From Vulcanisaeta sp. AZ3 (GTDB taxonomy: Archaea > Thermoproteota > Thermoprotei > Thermoproteales > Thermocladiaceae): DNA of 64,000 nt. A program made the position numbers and the translations under genes. Below, piece after piece: positions 10,323-20,713 of the stretch (positions are counted from its first letter, which is position 1; each line of letters begins with the position of its first letter). The notes below the pieces were generated by a model. That model made no database searches, was not told the origin of the DNA, and worked only from the letters and a program-made list of their open reading frames with translations. Where the stretch lies: NCBI GenBank assembly GCA_000960865.2, contig JZWU02000001.1:1-64000 (forward strand), written 5' to 3'.

Positions 10323-10556
10323 ATGCGCACAATCTATTGACTCATTTAAAACTCCGCAAAAGATAATCCTAGTATATTTAGTTAGAGACTTACGAATCTG
10401 CAAATCAGTAGGTATTACCCTCAATTTTATATGTCATATCTTTACACATTATTTTACCTTTGATTTATAACTATTAATAATTATAAATCAATAGAAGAAG
10501 TATTAATAGTTATTAATAAGGTAAAATTTATAAGAACTAGCGAAGGAAGGCGTATA

Positions 10557-13238
10557 ATGGGTTCCCTGGGTAAGTACGTATTAACCTTCGAGGAGGCCGA
10601 CCCTGATGATGTTAAGTTGATTGGTGGTAAGGCATCAAGCCTCGTCCTAATGACACGGCTAGGCTTACCAGTACCCCCTGGCATTATAATAACAACTAAG
10701 ACATGTAAGGAGTACTTCGATGGTAATGAGGAGCTTCCCGAGGGCTTAATGGATGAAGTTGCCAAGGGTATTAAGTACCTTGAGGAGAAGATGGGCCTTA
10801 GGCTCGGAGACCCTGAAAATCCATTACTTGTCAGCGTGAGATCTGGTGCAGCCGTCTCAATGCCGGGTATGATGGATACCGTCCTCAATGTCGGACTTAA
10901 TGATAAGACCGTCCATGGCCTTGCTAAGAGGATTAATAATGAACATGGAGCATATGACGCATATAGAAGGTTTCTGGCAATGTTTGGCCGCATTGTCCTC
11001 GGCATACCTGAGGAGGAGTTCAATAAACCTCTCGAGGAGATTAAGCGAAAGTATGGTGTTAAAGAAGATCCAGAGATACCTCTCGAAGGCCTTAAGGAAC
11101 TTGTAGAGCTTTATAAGCAAATATACATTAAGAGGTTTGGTAAGGTCTTCGATGATCCCTGGGAGCAATTGAAGCTTTCAATTGAGGCTGTCTTCAAGTC
11201 CTGGAATTCGCCAAGGGCTAAGTTCTATAGGGAGGCGAATAAGATAACCCCAGACATAGCAGACTGCACCGCCACTGCAATAGTCACCATGGTCTTTGGA
11301 AATGCTGATTGGCGTTCAGCAACAGGTGTTGTATTCTCAAGAGATCCAGCCACTGGTGAGGATAAACTTTACGGTGAGTACCTACCCTATGCCCAAGGTG
11401 AGGATGTTGTAGCTGGTATAAGGACGCCCAAACCCGTTGAGGAGCTGAAGAAGGAAATGCCCGAGGTCTATGAGCAATTGTACAATGGAGTTAAGCTCAT
11501 TGAGAGGACTAAGAAGGAGGTCCAGGACACGGAATTCACAATTGAGAAGGGTAAGCTATGGTTCCTACAAACAAGGAATGCTAAGATGAATCCAATGGCG
11601 GTGGTTAAGACAAGTGTGGACATGTACAAGGAGGGCATGCTAACGAAGGAGGAGGCAATAATGAGGGTAAAGCCTGAACACATACTTCAAATGCTATACC
11701 CAAGAATTGATGAAGCGAAGGCAGGTAAACCATTAACCAAGGGCATAGCCGCATCCCCAGGTGCAGTCAGTGGACAAGCGGTCTTTGATCCAGACACAGC
11801 GGTGGAGTGGGCTAAGACTGGCAAACGTGTCATACTGGTTAGGGAGGAGACAAAGCCCGATGATGTTCATGGATTTTACGCAGCCGTAGGCGTACTAACG
11901 AGTAGGGGTGGTGCGACGAGCCACGCAGCTGTGGTTGCAAGAGCCATAGGTAAACCAGCAGTTGTGGGTGCAGAGGCTTTACTCATTGATTACTCAACAA
12001 GAACTGCGAGGGTTGGTGATGTAATTATTAAGGAGGGTGATTGGGTAACGATTGATGGCTTCACAGGCAGCGTTTATGTCGGTCAAGTGCCAACAATAGA
12101 GCCGAAGCTACCCCCTGAATTCTACGAATTACTTAATATGGCCGATTCAGTAGCTGTATTTGAGGTTAGGGCTAATGCTGATACGCCAGATGATGCCACT
12201 ATAGCCAGGAGATTCGGTGCCAAGGGCATTGGCTTACTGAGGACGGAGAGAATGTTCAGAGCGCCAGGCAGGCTTGAGTTATTTAGAAAAGTCATACTTT
12301 CAGATAACCCAAGTGAGAGAAGGGAGTTACTTGATCAGTTGGCCGAGATGATGAAGAGCGACTTCTTAGAGATATTCGAGATCATGGAGGGTTACCCAGT
12401 GACTGTTAGGCTCTTCGATCCACCGCTCCATGAATTCCTACCAAACTTCGAGGAGCTAGTTACAGAGGTAACAAGAGCCAGAACACTCGGCAAGCCAGAT
12501 CCCGAGAAGGAAAAGCTATTGGCTAGGGTTAAGGCATTAATGGAGGCAAACCCAATGATGGGACATAGAGGCATTAGGGTTGGCGTTACATACCCGGAGA
12601 TCTACGCGGCTCAGGTTAAGGCAATACTTTCAGCAGCTCTAGAGTTAAAGAGGAAGGGTAAGCATGTTGAAGTCCAGATAATGACACCAAACGTTGTTGA
12701 TATACGCGAAATAGAATACATTATTAATAACGTGATTAAACCTACAGCCGAGGAGATGTTTAAGACGTATGGTGATAGGATTGATTATAGAATTGGTACT
12801 ATGATGGAGACCGTAAGGTCATGCTTAACAGCCGATAATTTAGCAAAGGTCGTGGACTTCATGAGCTTTGGAACCAACGACCTAACACAAGCAGTCTTCA
12901 GCTTTAGTAGAGATGATGTTGAGAATAAGTTCATGAGCAAATACCTAGAACTCGGCATACTCCCCTACGACCCATTCATAACCATAGATGAGGGCGGCGT
13001 AGCTAAACTCATGAAACTTGCTGTTGATCAGGCCAGGACCGTGAAACCAAACATTGAAATAGGGATTTGCGGTGAACATGGTGGTGACATAGACTCAATA
13101 AAGATATTGGCCAGGGTTGTTGGTAGGGGGTTGAACTACTTCAGTGCATCACCATATAGAATACCCGTAGCCAGACTTGTTGCTGCTCAAGAGTCTCTGA
13201 AGATAACAGGTAGAGCTCCAAAGATACACATATACTAA
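10557..13238 (+). CDS. ppdK: Pyruvate, phosphate dikinase
   Basis: GGKA, PLLVSVRSGAAVSMPGMMDTVLN, GGATSHAAVVAR, NADTP, SFGTNDLTQ, CGEHGG. Confidence 0.96.
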   Translation: MGSLGKYVLTFEEADPDDVKLIGGKASSLVLMTRLGLPVPPGIIITTKTCKEYFDGNEELPEGLMDEVAKGIKYLEEKMGLRLGDPENPLLVSVRSGAAVSMPGMMDTVLNVGLNDKTVHGLAKRINNEHGAYDAYRRFLAMFGRIVLGIPEEEFNKPLEEIKRKYGVKEDPEIPLEGLKELVELYKQIYIKRFGKVFDDPWEQLKLSIEAVFKSWNSPRAKFYREANKITPDIADCTATAIVTMVFGNADWRSATGVVFSRDPATGEDKLYGEYLPYAQGEDVVAGIRTPKPVEELKKEMPEVYEQLYNGVKLIERTKKEVQDTEFTIEKGKLWFLQTRNAKMNPMAVVKTSVDMYKEGMLTKEEAIMRVKPEHILQMLYPRIDEAKAGKPLTKGIAASPGAVSGQAVFDPDTAVEWAKTGKRVILVREETKPDDVHGFYAAVGVLTSRGGATSHAAVVARAIGKPAVVGAEALLIDYSTRTARVGDVIIKEGDWVTIDGFTGSVYVGQVPTIEPKLPPEFYELLNMADSVAVFEVRANADTPDDATIARRFGAKGIGLLRTERMFRAPGRLELFRKVILSDNPSERRELLDQLAEMMKSDFLEIFEIMEGYPVTVRLFDPPLHEFLPNFEELVTEVTRARTLGKPDPEKEKLLARVKALMEANPMMGHRGIRVGVTYPEIYAAQVKAILSAALELKRKGKHVEVQIMTPNVVDIREIEYIINNVIKPTAEEMFKTYGDRIDYRIGTMMETVRSCLTADNLAKVVDFMSFGTNDLTQAVFSFSRDDVENKFMSKYLELGILPYDPFITIDEGGVAKLMKLAVDQARTVKPNIEIGICGEHGGDIDSIKILARVVGRGLNYFSASPYRIPVARLVAAQESLKITGRAPKIHIY

Positions 13239-13335
13239 CAAGCCTTAAACATTAGGGTCGATTCTTAAATTTAATAAAAATGTCATTTTTATGACTTAGT
13301 AAATCTTAAAAATAACCATTATCACACGATGATGT

Positions 13336-14171
13336 ATGACGTATGTAATAACTCTAATCCAATACGTGTTATCATTAATATCAGGAGTACTGGTAGGCTT
13401 CTCACTAGGACTTATTGGAGGCGGTGGTTCAATACTTGCCGTACCGCTCTTCCTATATTTCATAGGACTCGATAGCTTACCACATGCCGATCACATAGCC
13501 ATTGGTACCACAGCACTCGCCGTTGGACTTAACGCCTACATAAACTCTTACATGCACCTTAAGAAGAAGAATGTGGCGCCTAAGGTTGGTGGAATATTCG
13601 CCGGCGTAGGTCTCATTGGTTCTCTCCTCGGGGCTTATTTAGGTCATATAACACCCGGCACAAGCCTATTGACGTACTTTGCAATAGCCATGATAGTGCT
13701 TGGTGTTTATGTGGCAGTTAGGAGAGAAGCTTCTAAATCTGGGACTATTGATGAAGTTAATCATGTACTTGAGGCATTTAAGAGGTGCCCTGGACTAGCC
13801 ACATCAACAATACTCAAGGTGGCGCTCTTCGGTTTCATTGTTGGCTTAGTCAGTGGTTATTTCGGCATAGGCGGTGGTTTCCTCATTGTGCCTAGTCTCA
13901 TGTTCTCAGCTGGTCTCTGCATAACTAGGGCCATTGGGACCAGTCTCATTAGTGTTGGTACCTTTGGCGTGGCTAGTGGTGCTGAGTATTGGTATTATGG
14001 AGATGTCTTAATCTTAATAGCTCTTCTTTACGTTGTAGGTGGTGTGGCTGGTGGTTATGCAGGGACGAGTATTGCGGTTAAGGCGCCTAAAGAACGCTTA
14101 GGATTGCCTATGGCATAATAATCGTACTAGTCGGCATATACATGCTCTTAAGGATATACCATGTGTTATGA
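13336..14171 (+). CDS. TauE/SafE (DUF81) sulfite exporter, frameshifted near 14100
   Basis: GLIGGGGSILAVP and FGIGGGFLIVP repeats; last TM helix RIAYGIIIVLVGIYMLLRIYHVL* continues in the -1 frame to 14171. Confidence 0.85.
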
Positions 14172-14218
14172 AACGAAAATATTATTTAGTCAAAAGAAGT
14201 TAATCTAATAGAATTTGC

Positions 14219-14509
14219 ATGAGATCCATTAGTTATGAGAAGTTAATGAACTTCGTGAAAAACAACCCAACCTATGAGGTTAGGGAGGTTGGTGATACCG
14301 TAGAATTACTATTCCACGCACCAACTGAGGAGGAGGCAGCTGGTGCGGAGGCTGTGAATGAGGAGAGCGCCTTGATTAGGATAGTCTTTGTTAAGAGAGG
14401 TAGGGAGTTAATACCCAGGGAGGCTTGGGTTGAGAGAGGTGATGTTAGGCGTAGTATGAGTGTTGATGGGTTAGACTCATGGCTTGAATTTGTGGATATG
14501 TACTCATAA
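14219..14509 (+). CDS. Hypothetical protein
   Basis: 96-aa ORF with typical codon usage filling the gap. Confidence 0.7.
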   Translation: MRSISYEKLMNFVKNNPTYEVREVGDTVELLFHAPTEEEAAGAEAVNEESALIRIVFVKRGRELIPREAWVERGDVRRSMSVDGLDSWLEFVDMYS

Positions 14510-14558
14510 TCATGCATTGAATTAGTTTTTTAAATTCCTTTAATAACCATGATTACTA

Positions 14559-15086
14559 GTGAATCTGGTAAGGACTGGTATAATATTAATGGTGATTGGA
14601 TTAACAGTGCTCTTAATAACAAGCATATTTTCTCCCAAGATTTATAATATAATGGGCGAAACATTGGATAATTTCACAATTAACTTAGACACGTATTCTG
14701 AATTTCTTGTTCCAATACATATAGACGACAACGCATACCTCATGGTTTCACTGAATAATACTAACCCATTAACAATATACTTGCTTGACGAGGTTGGCCA
14801 TATCTTAACACCAGTGGGTTATAGACATGAGGATGGCCTTTATTTAGTGATATTTCCCCTAGTTAGGCATGGTAATTATTCACTTGTCATACTTAATGAT
14901 TATCCTAAGATTCTTAATGCGTCAGTATCAATAACCATTATTCATCAATATATTGTGAACAACGCCTTAATAATCGAAATAATGATGGACCTAGGCACTC
15001 TCATTTTTATCTTCGGCGCTATTTTAATTGCTATTAAGATCCTTAGTAGGATCTTGTATGGGTTCTTAGGCGATATAAAAGTTTAA
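14559..15086 (+). CDS. Hypothetical membrane protein
   Basis: N- and C-terminal hydrophobic helices flanking a beta-rich domain. Confidence 0.7.
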   Translation: MNLVRTGIILMVIGLTVLLITSIFSPKIYNIMGETLDNFTINLDTYSEFLVPIHIDDNAYLMVSLNNTNPLTIYLLDEVGHILTPVGYRHEDGLYLVIFPLVRHGNYSLVILNDYPKILNASVSITIIHQYIVNNALIIEIMMDLGTLIFIFGAILIAIKILSRILYGFLGDIKV

Positions 15087-15123
15087 AAGGATCATTTATT
15101 AATCACGTTCCTTGGTTGATAAC

Positions 15124-15144
15124 TGATGAGTACGGCATACCTGA
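15124..15144 (+). promoter_or_regulatory. Putative L7Ae-binding C/D-type K-turn/K-loop over the nop5 start codon
   Basis: TGATGA (contains ATG 15126)-GTACGGCATAC-CTGA. Confidence 0.5.
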
Positions 15145-16370
15145 TCTTAGATGCGTTAGGTGTGGTTGCCCTGAGTGAGAATGGTGATGTGATAACTAAG
15201 GTACTCTATAGAGGTAGTACGGATGAGATTGCAGATAAGATGAATAGACTTGAGGCTGGTGAACCCATTGATGAGGTTATGGAGGTAATTAATGAGCTTA
15301 AGAATAAGGGTATAAGGAAGATTATTGTTGAGAATAGAGAGTTAGCTAGAAACCTAACCAATAAAGTTACTGATGTTGAGACTAGGTCTGAATTACCCAC
15401 GAGTGTTGGTAATCAATATAGGAATAACTTTAGTAGATATGTTAAGGAGGTCTTTGGACTTGACGAGAAGGAGTACACAGAGAAGGTCTTCGAGATAACC
15501 GTGGCTCAGACCAGGCATAAGCTTAGGCAAGTTGCTGAGAAGAGAGACCTATACGTGGCCCAGGCCATTAGTTCTGTGGATGATCTCGACAAGATTCTCA
15601 ACCTAATAAGCTCAAGGGTTAGGGAGTGGTATGGTATTCACTTCCCAGAGCTTGAGGATTTGGTTAAGGATCATGAGGAATATATGACTCTCGTAACGAA
15701 GTTAGGTCATAGGAGTAATTTCACAGTCGATAACTTAACTAAGCTTGGAATTTCTCAAGATAGGGCTAGGAGGATTGCAGAGGCCTCAAGCAAGAGTGTT
15801 GGTGCTGAGATGACTGATTGGGATCTCACGCCAGTGAAGACATACGCAGAGATATACGTACAACTATCAAGTCTAAGGAAATCTCTCTCTCAATACATTG
15901 ACGAGGCGATGGTTGAGATTGCACCAAACATTAGGGAGTTAGTTGGGTCATTACTTGGTGCCAGATTAATAATGATTGCAGGTGGGTTAACTAGGCTAGC
16001 CTTACTACCCGCATCAACAATGCAGGTATTGGGTGCGGAGAAGGCGCTCTTCAGGGCGCTTAGAACTGGCAGCAGGCCTCCAAAGCATGGTGTAATATTC
16101 CAATTCCCAGATATATTCAAGGCACCTAGGTGGCAGAGGGGTAAGATAGCCAGGGCGTTGGCCGCGAAGCTCGCCATTGCCGCAAAGGCAGATGCATTCA
16201 CAGGAAACTTCATAGCACCTAAGTTAAAGGAGGACCTACTAAAGAGAGTTCAAGAGGTTAAGACCATCTACGCAAAGCCACCGCCAAGAAAACCCGAGGC
16301 CAAGACTGCAACCAAGAAGGCAGCTGAGAAAAAGGGTCCTGCTAAGAGAACTCGTGGTGAGAGGAGGTAA
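15126..16370 (+). CDS. nop5: C/D box sRNP core protein Nop5 (Nop56/58)
   Basis: VREWYGIHFPEL, IAPN, PASTMQVLGAEKALFRAL, PPKHGVIFQ, Lys-rich tail. Confidence 0.96.
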   Translation: MSTAYLILDALGVVALSENGDVITKVLYRGSTDEIADKMNRLEAGEPIDEVMEVINELKNKGIRKIIVENRELARNLTNKVTDVETRSELPTSVGNQYRNNFSRYVKEVFGLDEKEYTEKVFEITVAQTRHKLRQVAEKRDLYVAQAISSVDDLDKILNLISSRVREWYGIHFPELEDLVKDHEEYMTLVTKLGHRSNFTVDNLTKLGISQDRARRIAEASSKSVGAEMTDWDLTPVKTYAEIYVQLSSLRKSLSQYIDEAMVEIAPNIRELVGSLLGARLIMIAGGLTRLALLPASTMQVLGAEKALFRALRTGSRPPKHGVIFQFPDIFKAPRWQRGKIARALAAKLAIAAKADAFTGNFIAPKLKEDLLKRVQEVKTIYAKPPPRKPEAKTATKKAAEKKGPAKRTRGERR

Positions 16371-16417
16371 CGTGAATCATTAAACATAAAGATTTATATC
16401 CCTTTAAAAATGACCCT

Positions 16418-17140
16418 TTGTTAATGTCATCGTTAATACGCCCAGTAGGGGTTAGGGAGCATGATAAGTTCAGAGGCGTGTATTGGATTTCCTTTGAAGA
16501 CGGCACCGAGAGATTAGCCACGATAAACCTAACGCCAGGTAAGAGAGTTTATGGAGAGCAATTAGTTCAGTGGGAGGGTAAGGAGTATAGGGTTTGGAAT
16601 CCATATAGGTCTAAGCTTGCTGCTGCCATAATGAATGGACTTAAGGAAATGCCCATAGCCAGTGGTTCAAGGGTGCTTTACCTAGGGGCTGCTAGTGGCA
16701 CTACGGTTAGCCATGTAAGCGACATCGTTGGTAACAACGGCATTATATACTCAGCGGAATTCTCTCCCAGGGTGTTTAGGGAGTTCATGGAGAAGCTTGT
16801 GGATCAAGGTAGGAAGAATGTAATACCAATACTTGCAGATGCCAGGTACCCTGAGCAGTATATACCAATAGTTAAGGCTGTTGACATTGCATACATAGAC
16901 ATTGCACAGCCTGAACAGGCAAAAATCCTTGCTGATAATGCGGATGTTTATGTGGTGAGTCACGGTCATGTGATGCTGGTTATTAAGGCAATGAGTATTG
17001 ATGTTACAAAGGAACCCAGTGAGACCTTTAAGAGAGAGATTGATGTACTTAAGGATAGGGGTTATGAGGTATTAGATATGGTTCACCTCGAGCCGTATGA
17101 TACTGCCCATGCTATGGTCATCGCAAGGAAGACTTCGTAA
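16418..17140 (+). CDS. flpA: Fibrillarin-like rRNA/tRNA 2'-O-methyltransferase
   Basis: [43 protein letters not shown]. Confidence 0.96.
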   Translation: MLMSSLIRPVGVREHDKFRGVYWISFEDGTERLATINLTPGKRVYGEQLVQWEGKEYRVWNPYRSKLAAAIMNGLKEMPIASGSRVLYLGAASGTTVSHVSDIVGNNGIIYSAEFSPRVFREFMEKLVDQGRKNVIPILADARYPEQYIPIVKAVDIAYIDIAQPEQAKILADNADVYVVSHGHVMLVIKAMSIDVTKEPSETFKREIDVLKDRGYEVLDMVHLEPYDTAHAMVIARKTS

Positions 17141-17187
17141 TATTTCACAAAAGGGTTTTAAATAAAATAATAATAATTATATGTTAA

Positions 17188-18033
17188 ATGAGTAGTGAAT
17201 TAATAACGCATTTGCTTAATTCGGCAGCTGATAAGAAGGCAAAGGTACTTCTTGTTGGTAATTCGTCATTATCCTACGATGCCATAATGAGAGTGCCAAG
17301 TGCTGATGAGGAGAGTAAGTTCATTATTAAGATTAGGGAGGATGTAGAGAGAGTTAGTAAAGATGTGATAATGGACCTCATAGTCTTATCTAAGATTTCA
17401 AACTCAACACCACTACTCATTGGTATTAGGTATGGCGAGGAGGAAATGAGAGATGGGGTTGCGTATAAGGTTCATGGCATATACGCAGTGGGCATCAGAA
17501 CATTCAAGAGAGTCCTCGATAATGAAGGCATTAAGTTCGTTAAGGATAAGGGCATGGTTAAGGCCAGGATCAGGAGTGATGTACTCAGGAGGTTGAGGGA
17601 AAGTAGGGGTATGAGCCTTGGGGATCTAGCAAAGGCTCTGGGCGTCACTAGGAAGACTGTGTATGAGTATGAGAGGGGTTCTATAGAGGCCAGTGAAAGG
17701 TCTGCACAAGCGTTAATCGAGTTATTCAGTGAGGACGCATTGGATGATGTTAATCTAAAGCCGAATTATGAGGAGGTCAATAATGAGATAAGCATTAGAG
17801 AGGAGACTGTGGATTACGAAATTAAGAGATTACTACCAACATTTAAACTATACTCATTACTAAAGGCTCACGCTAAGATCGCAGCCTACTCAGGCAAGGA
17901 TTCGTACCTCGTTGAGAGTAGTGGTAGGGTTGATAATGAGGTTATTAGTGTGGCTAAGGTTCTCGGTATTGGATTAGCATTAATAGAACGTAATAAGCAC
18001 GATGTAGAATTCATAGAGGTAGATAAGCAATAA
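17188..18033 (+). CDS. Archaeal Cro/XRE HTH transcriptional regulator (COG1395-like)
   Basis: LRRLRESRGMSLGDLAKALGVTRKTVYEYERG. Confidence 0.8.
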   Translation: MSSELITHLLNSAADKKAKVLLVGNSSLSYDAIMRVPSADEESKFIIKIREDVERVSKDVIMDLIVLSKISNSTPLLIGIRYGEEEMRDGVAYKVHGIYAVGIRTFKRVLDNEGIKFVKDKGMVKARIRSDVLRRLRESRGMSLGDLAKALGVTRKTVYEYERGSIEASERSAQALIELFSEDALDDVNLKPNYEEVNNEISIREETVDYEIKRLLPTFKLYSLLKAHAKIAAYSGKDSYLVESSGRVDNEVISVAKVLGIGLALIERNKHDVEFIEVDKQ

Positions 18034-18038
18034 AATTA

Positions 18039-19211
18039 GTGATAAATATGGATGATTATCCAAGGACAGAGGTTAATGAGGGGTTAGTCTCAGTTACCGT
18101 ACCTGACCTGAGTAAGTACGTCGTTGGTAATAGACCCGAGCCGGCCCACGCACCGGTATTCTATAACCCTAGAATGGAGGTTAACAGGTCGTTATCGGTA
18201 GCTGTAATTAATGGTTACGTGGATTACGTGAGTAGGGAGGGATTAACAATATGCGAGCCTCTCTCAGGCACTGGCATTAGGGCTGTTAGGTATGGTAAGG
18301 AGGTTAGGGGCGTCTCTAGGGTTATGGCTAATGACATCTCTGAGAAGGCCTATGAGTTAATGAAGATGAATATAGACAGTAATGGGTTGAGGGATGTGAT
18401 TATTGCCCATAGGGATGATGCAAACAACCTACTACTTAAACTAGCTAGGGAGGGGGGTTGCGATATCATTGATATAGATCCCTTCGGTTCACCGCAACCA
18501 TTCATTGAGAATAGCCTCAGGGCTATTAAGGATGGTGGCCTTCTCTGCATTACTGCGACAGACGTTGGTGTATTATCAGGTAGATACCCACTTAAGTGTG
18601 TTAGGCGTTATGATTCACTACCTCAAAGATTCCCCTTTAGGTTTGAAATTGGTATTAGGATTCTAATTTACTTAATTGCACGTTATGCGCTCTCCATGGA
18701 TTACGGAATACAACCACTACTATCATTCATGGACGGCCATTACTACAGAGTCTGCGTATTAGTGCTTAAGGATAGGGCTTACGCCCTTGATACGCTGAAG
18801 AACCTGGGCTACGCTTACTACAGGCGTAGCACCTTAGATAGAGGCTTTGTGGAAGGGTTTCCAATACCTACCATTACTAAGGTTGGGTTGGCAGGTCCTC
18901 TGTGGATTGGTTATTTATGGGATGCAGAGTTCGTAACTAATTACTTCGCCAGGAACGTAAGGGAGTACTTCAGTGAGAGAGCTAGGGAGCTTAGTAAGCT
19001 CCTTATTGATGAAGCTGCATCACCTAATATACCATATGCACTTACCGTGGAGGTTAGTAGGGATTTAGGGCGTGAATTACCCGTTATTGATTTAATAAGC
19101 ATCATTAGGGGTATGGGTTATCAAGCATTTAAGACTCACTTTTACATTAAGGGATTTAGGACCGACGCAAGTTTACTGAAAGTTAAGGAGAGCATTATGG
19201 GGATTAAGTAA
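18039..19211 (+). CDS. trm1: tRNA (guanine-26-N2)-dimethyltransferase
   Basis: VFYNPRMEVNR, SGTGIRAVRY, AND, DIDPFGSP, TATD, GPLWIG. Confidence 0.93.
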   Translation: MINMDDYPRTEVNEGLVSVTVPDLSKYVVGNRPEPAHAPVFYNPRMEVNRSLSVAVINGYVDYVSREGLTICEPLSGTGIRAVRYGKEVRGVSRVMANDISEKAYELMKMNIDSNGLRDVIIAHRDDANNLLLKLAREGGCDIIDIDPFGSPQPFIENSLRAIKDGGLLCITATDVGVLSGRYPLKCVRRYDSLPQRFPFRFEIGIRILIYLIARYALSMDYGIQPLLSFMDGHYYRVCVLVLKDRAYALDTLKNLGYAYYRRSTLDRGFVEGFPIPTITKVGLAGPLWIGYLWDAEFVTNYFARNVREYFSERARELSKLLIDEAASPNIPYALTVEVSRDLGRELPVIDLISIIRGMGYQAFKTHFYIKGFRTDASLLKVKESIMGIK

Positions 19212-19237
19212 ATAAGAACCTAACCGTTTGAATTAAC

Positions 19238-19786
19238 GTGCTTGTAATAGTAATAACAGGCCTACCAGGTTCAGGAAAGACAATAGCCTCTGATACTGCG
19301 AAAGAACTGGGCCTACCAGTAATCCTCATGGGCGATATAGTTAGGGATGAAGCATTCAAAAGCGGTATATCATCATCAAAGGCATCAGTCACACTTAGAT
19401 TGATAAGTGGTGCTAGATACATAGCCAATAAGACATTGCAAAAACTTCCTAAATCCGACATTGTGGTTATTGATGGTGCCAGGAGTATTAGAGAGATCGA
19501 GACAATTGAGGAGGAATTATCAACAAAGGTTATCTTAATATATATCGTAGCCCCATGGAGAACTAGATTCGAGAGATTACTCAATAGGGGTAGGCCAGAC
19601 GATCCCAAATCACTCGAGGACTTCCTAATGAGAGACCTCAGGGAGTTAAAGTATGGACTTGGCGACTTGATCGCCAGGGCCGATTATATACTCGTTAATG
19701 ACTCAACAATTGAGGAGTTCAAAGATAAGATCAAGAAACTACTTAACAGCCTTCTGTCTATCAACCAACCCCCTCAACGCAGCTAA
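19238..19786 (+). CDS. NMP kinase/dephospho-CoA kinase-like P-loop protein (UPF0200)
   Basis: ITGLPGSGKT, MGDIVR, IDGARS, RGRPDD, RDLREL. Confidence 0.85.
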   Translation: MLVIVITGLPGSGKTIASDTAKELGLPVILMGDIVRDEAFKSGISSSKASVTLRLISGARYIANKTLQKLPKSDIVVIDGARSIREIETIEEELSTKVILIYIVAPWRTRFERLLNRGRPDDPKSLEDFLMRDLRELKYGLGDLIARADYILVNDSTIEEFKDKIKKLLNSLLSINQPPQRS

Positions 19787-20484
19787 CAATGATTCTATTG
19801 GCACATTAACTATGGCGAGGGGTATCCTCTCCCTCCTGGCTATCTCAATACCCAAGTAATCCGGCTTCTCAACACCATGCATTACAACCACCGCAGGCCT
19901 TATAGCCGTGAAAGCCAGCATTGCTTTCACGGCTATCATCGGCGACCTACCATACTTAACATTTGTGAATATTGCAGCCCTTTGAGTTGTACCACCATAG
20001 AGCTTTAGGTACTCATGAGCTGGGACATCAAGAACAAGCTTTAGGCTGTCAACCACTGTGTACCCATGAATATCCACATAACCCTCAGGCTTTACAGCTA
20101 AGACCCCACCAATAGCACTTACGAAATCTCCAATCTCAATAGGCATATCGAAATCTCTCATATCCATAATAGCCTCCCAAAATCTCTCACCGCCCAACTG
20201 CTTACTCAATATATACAGTCTCTCTCCACCTCTCTCAAGCTCATAATCTACGATAGCCTTAACAACTCTCTTAATGAAGTTAGAGCCAGGCGACTTCCTA
20301 CGCCCAGACTCATAATCGCTAATCACACTTGGTGAGGTCCCAAGCCTAACTGCTAACTCTGCCTGCGACATGTCAAAAACTCCCTCCATTTCCTAATCCC
20401 CTTGCCCGGATTATCCGAGAACACAATATCACCTGCAATCCTAATCATAATATCAGTTATGAAACCCTCATACTCGCTCATCAT
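19739..20484 (-). CDS. HTH transcriptional regulator (COG1709-like), frameshifted near 20378
   Basis: MMSEYEGF..RIAGDIVFSDNPGKGIRKWRE from 20484 joins FDMSQAELAVRLGTSPSVISDYESGRRKSPG after a 1-nt shift; GRSPMIAVK. Confidence 0.82.
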
Positions 20485-20713
20485 GAATAATTACATTGCC
20501 AAGTATTTATATTTTAATTTCTTTCAATATTTATATTCTATTGAAACCACTAATTTATCGGCAAAACTTTTGACCCCTAATAAACGTACATTTGCTAACA
20601 ATGTTTAGACGAAAGTAAAGTGTATAGTAGTATATTGTCATGTATTTGACATTGCAGTTTTATTTAGCATATTACTGGGAATAACTTATAAGGTAGTACA
20701 TTATTTAGGGATT

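Noticed and set aside
20402-20608. 68-aa plus-strand ORF
   Set aside because: Antisense to the frameshifted N-terminus of the HTH regulator and its promoter
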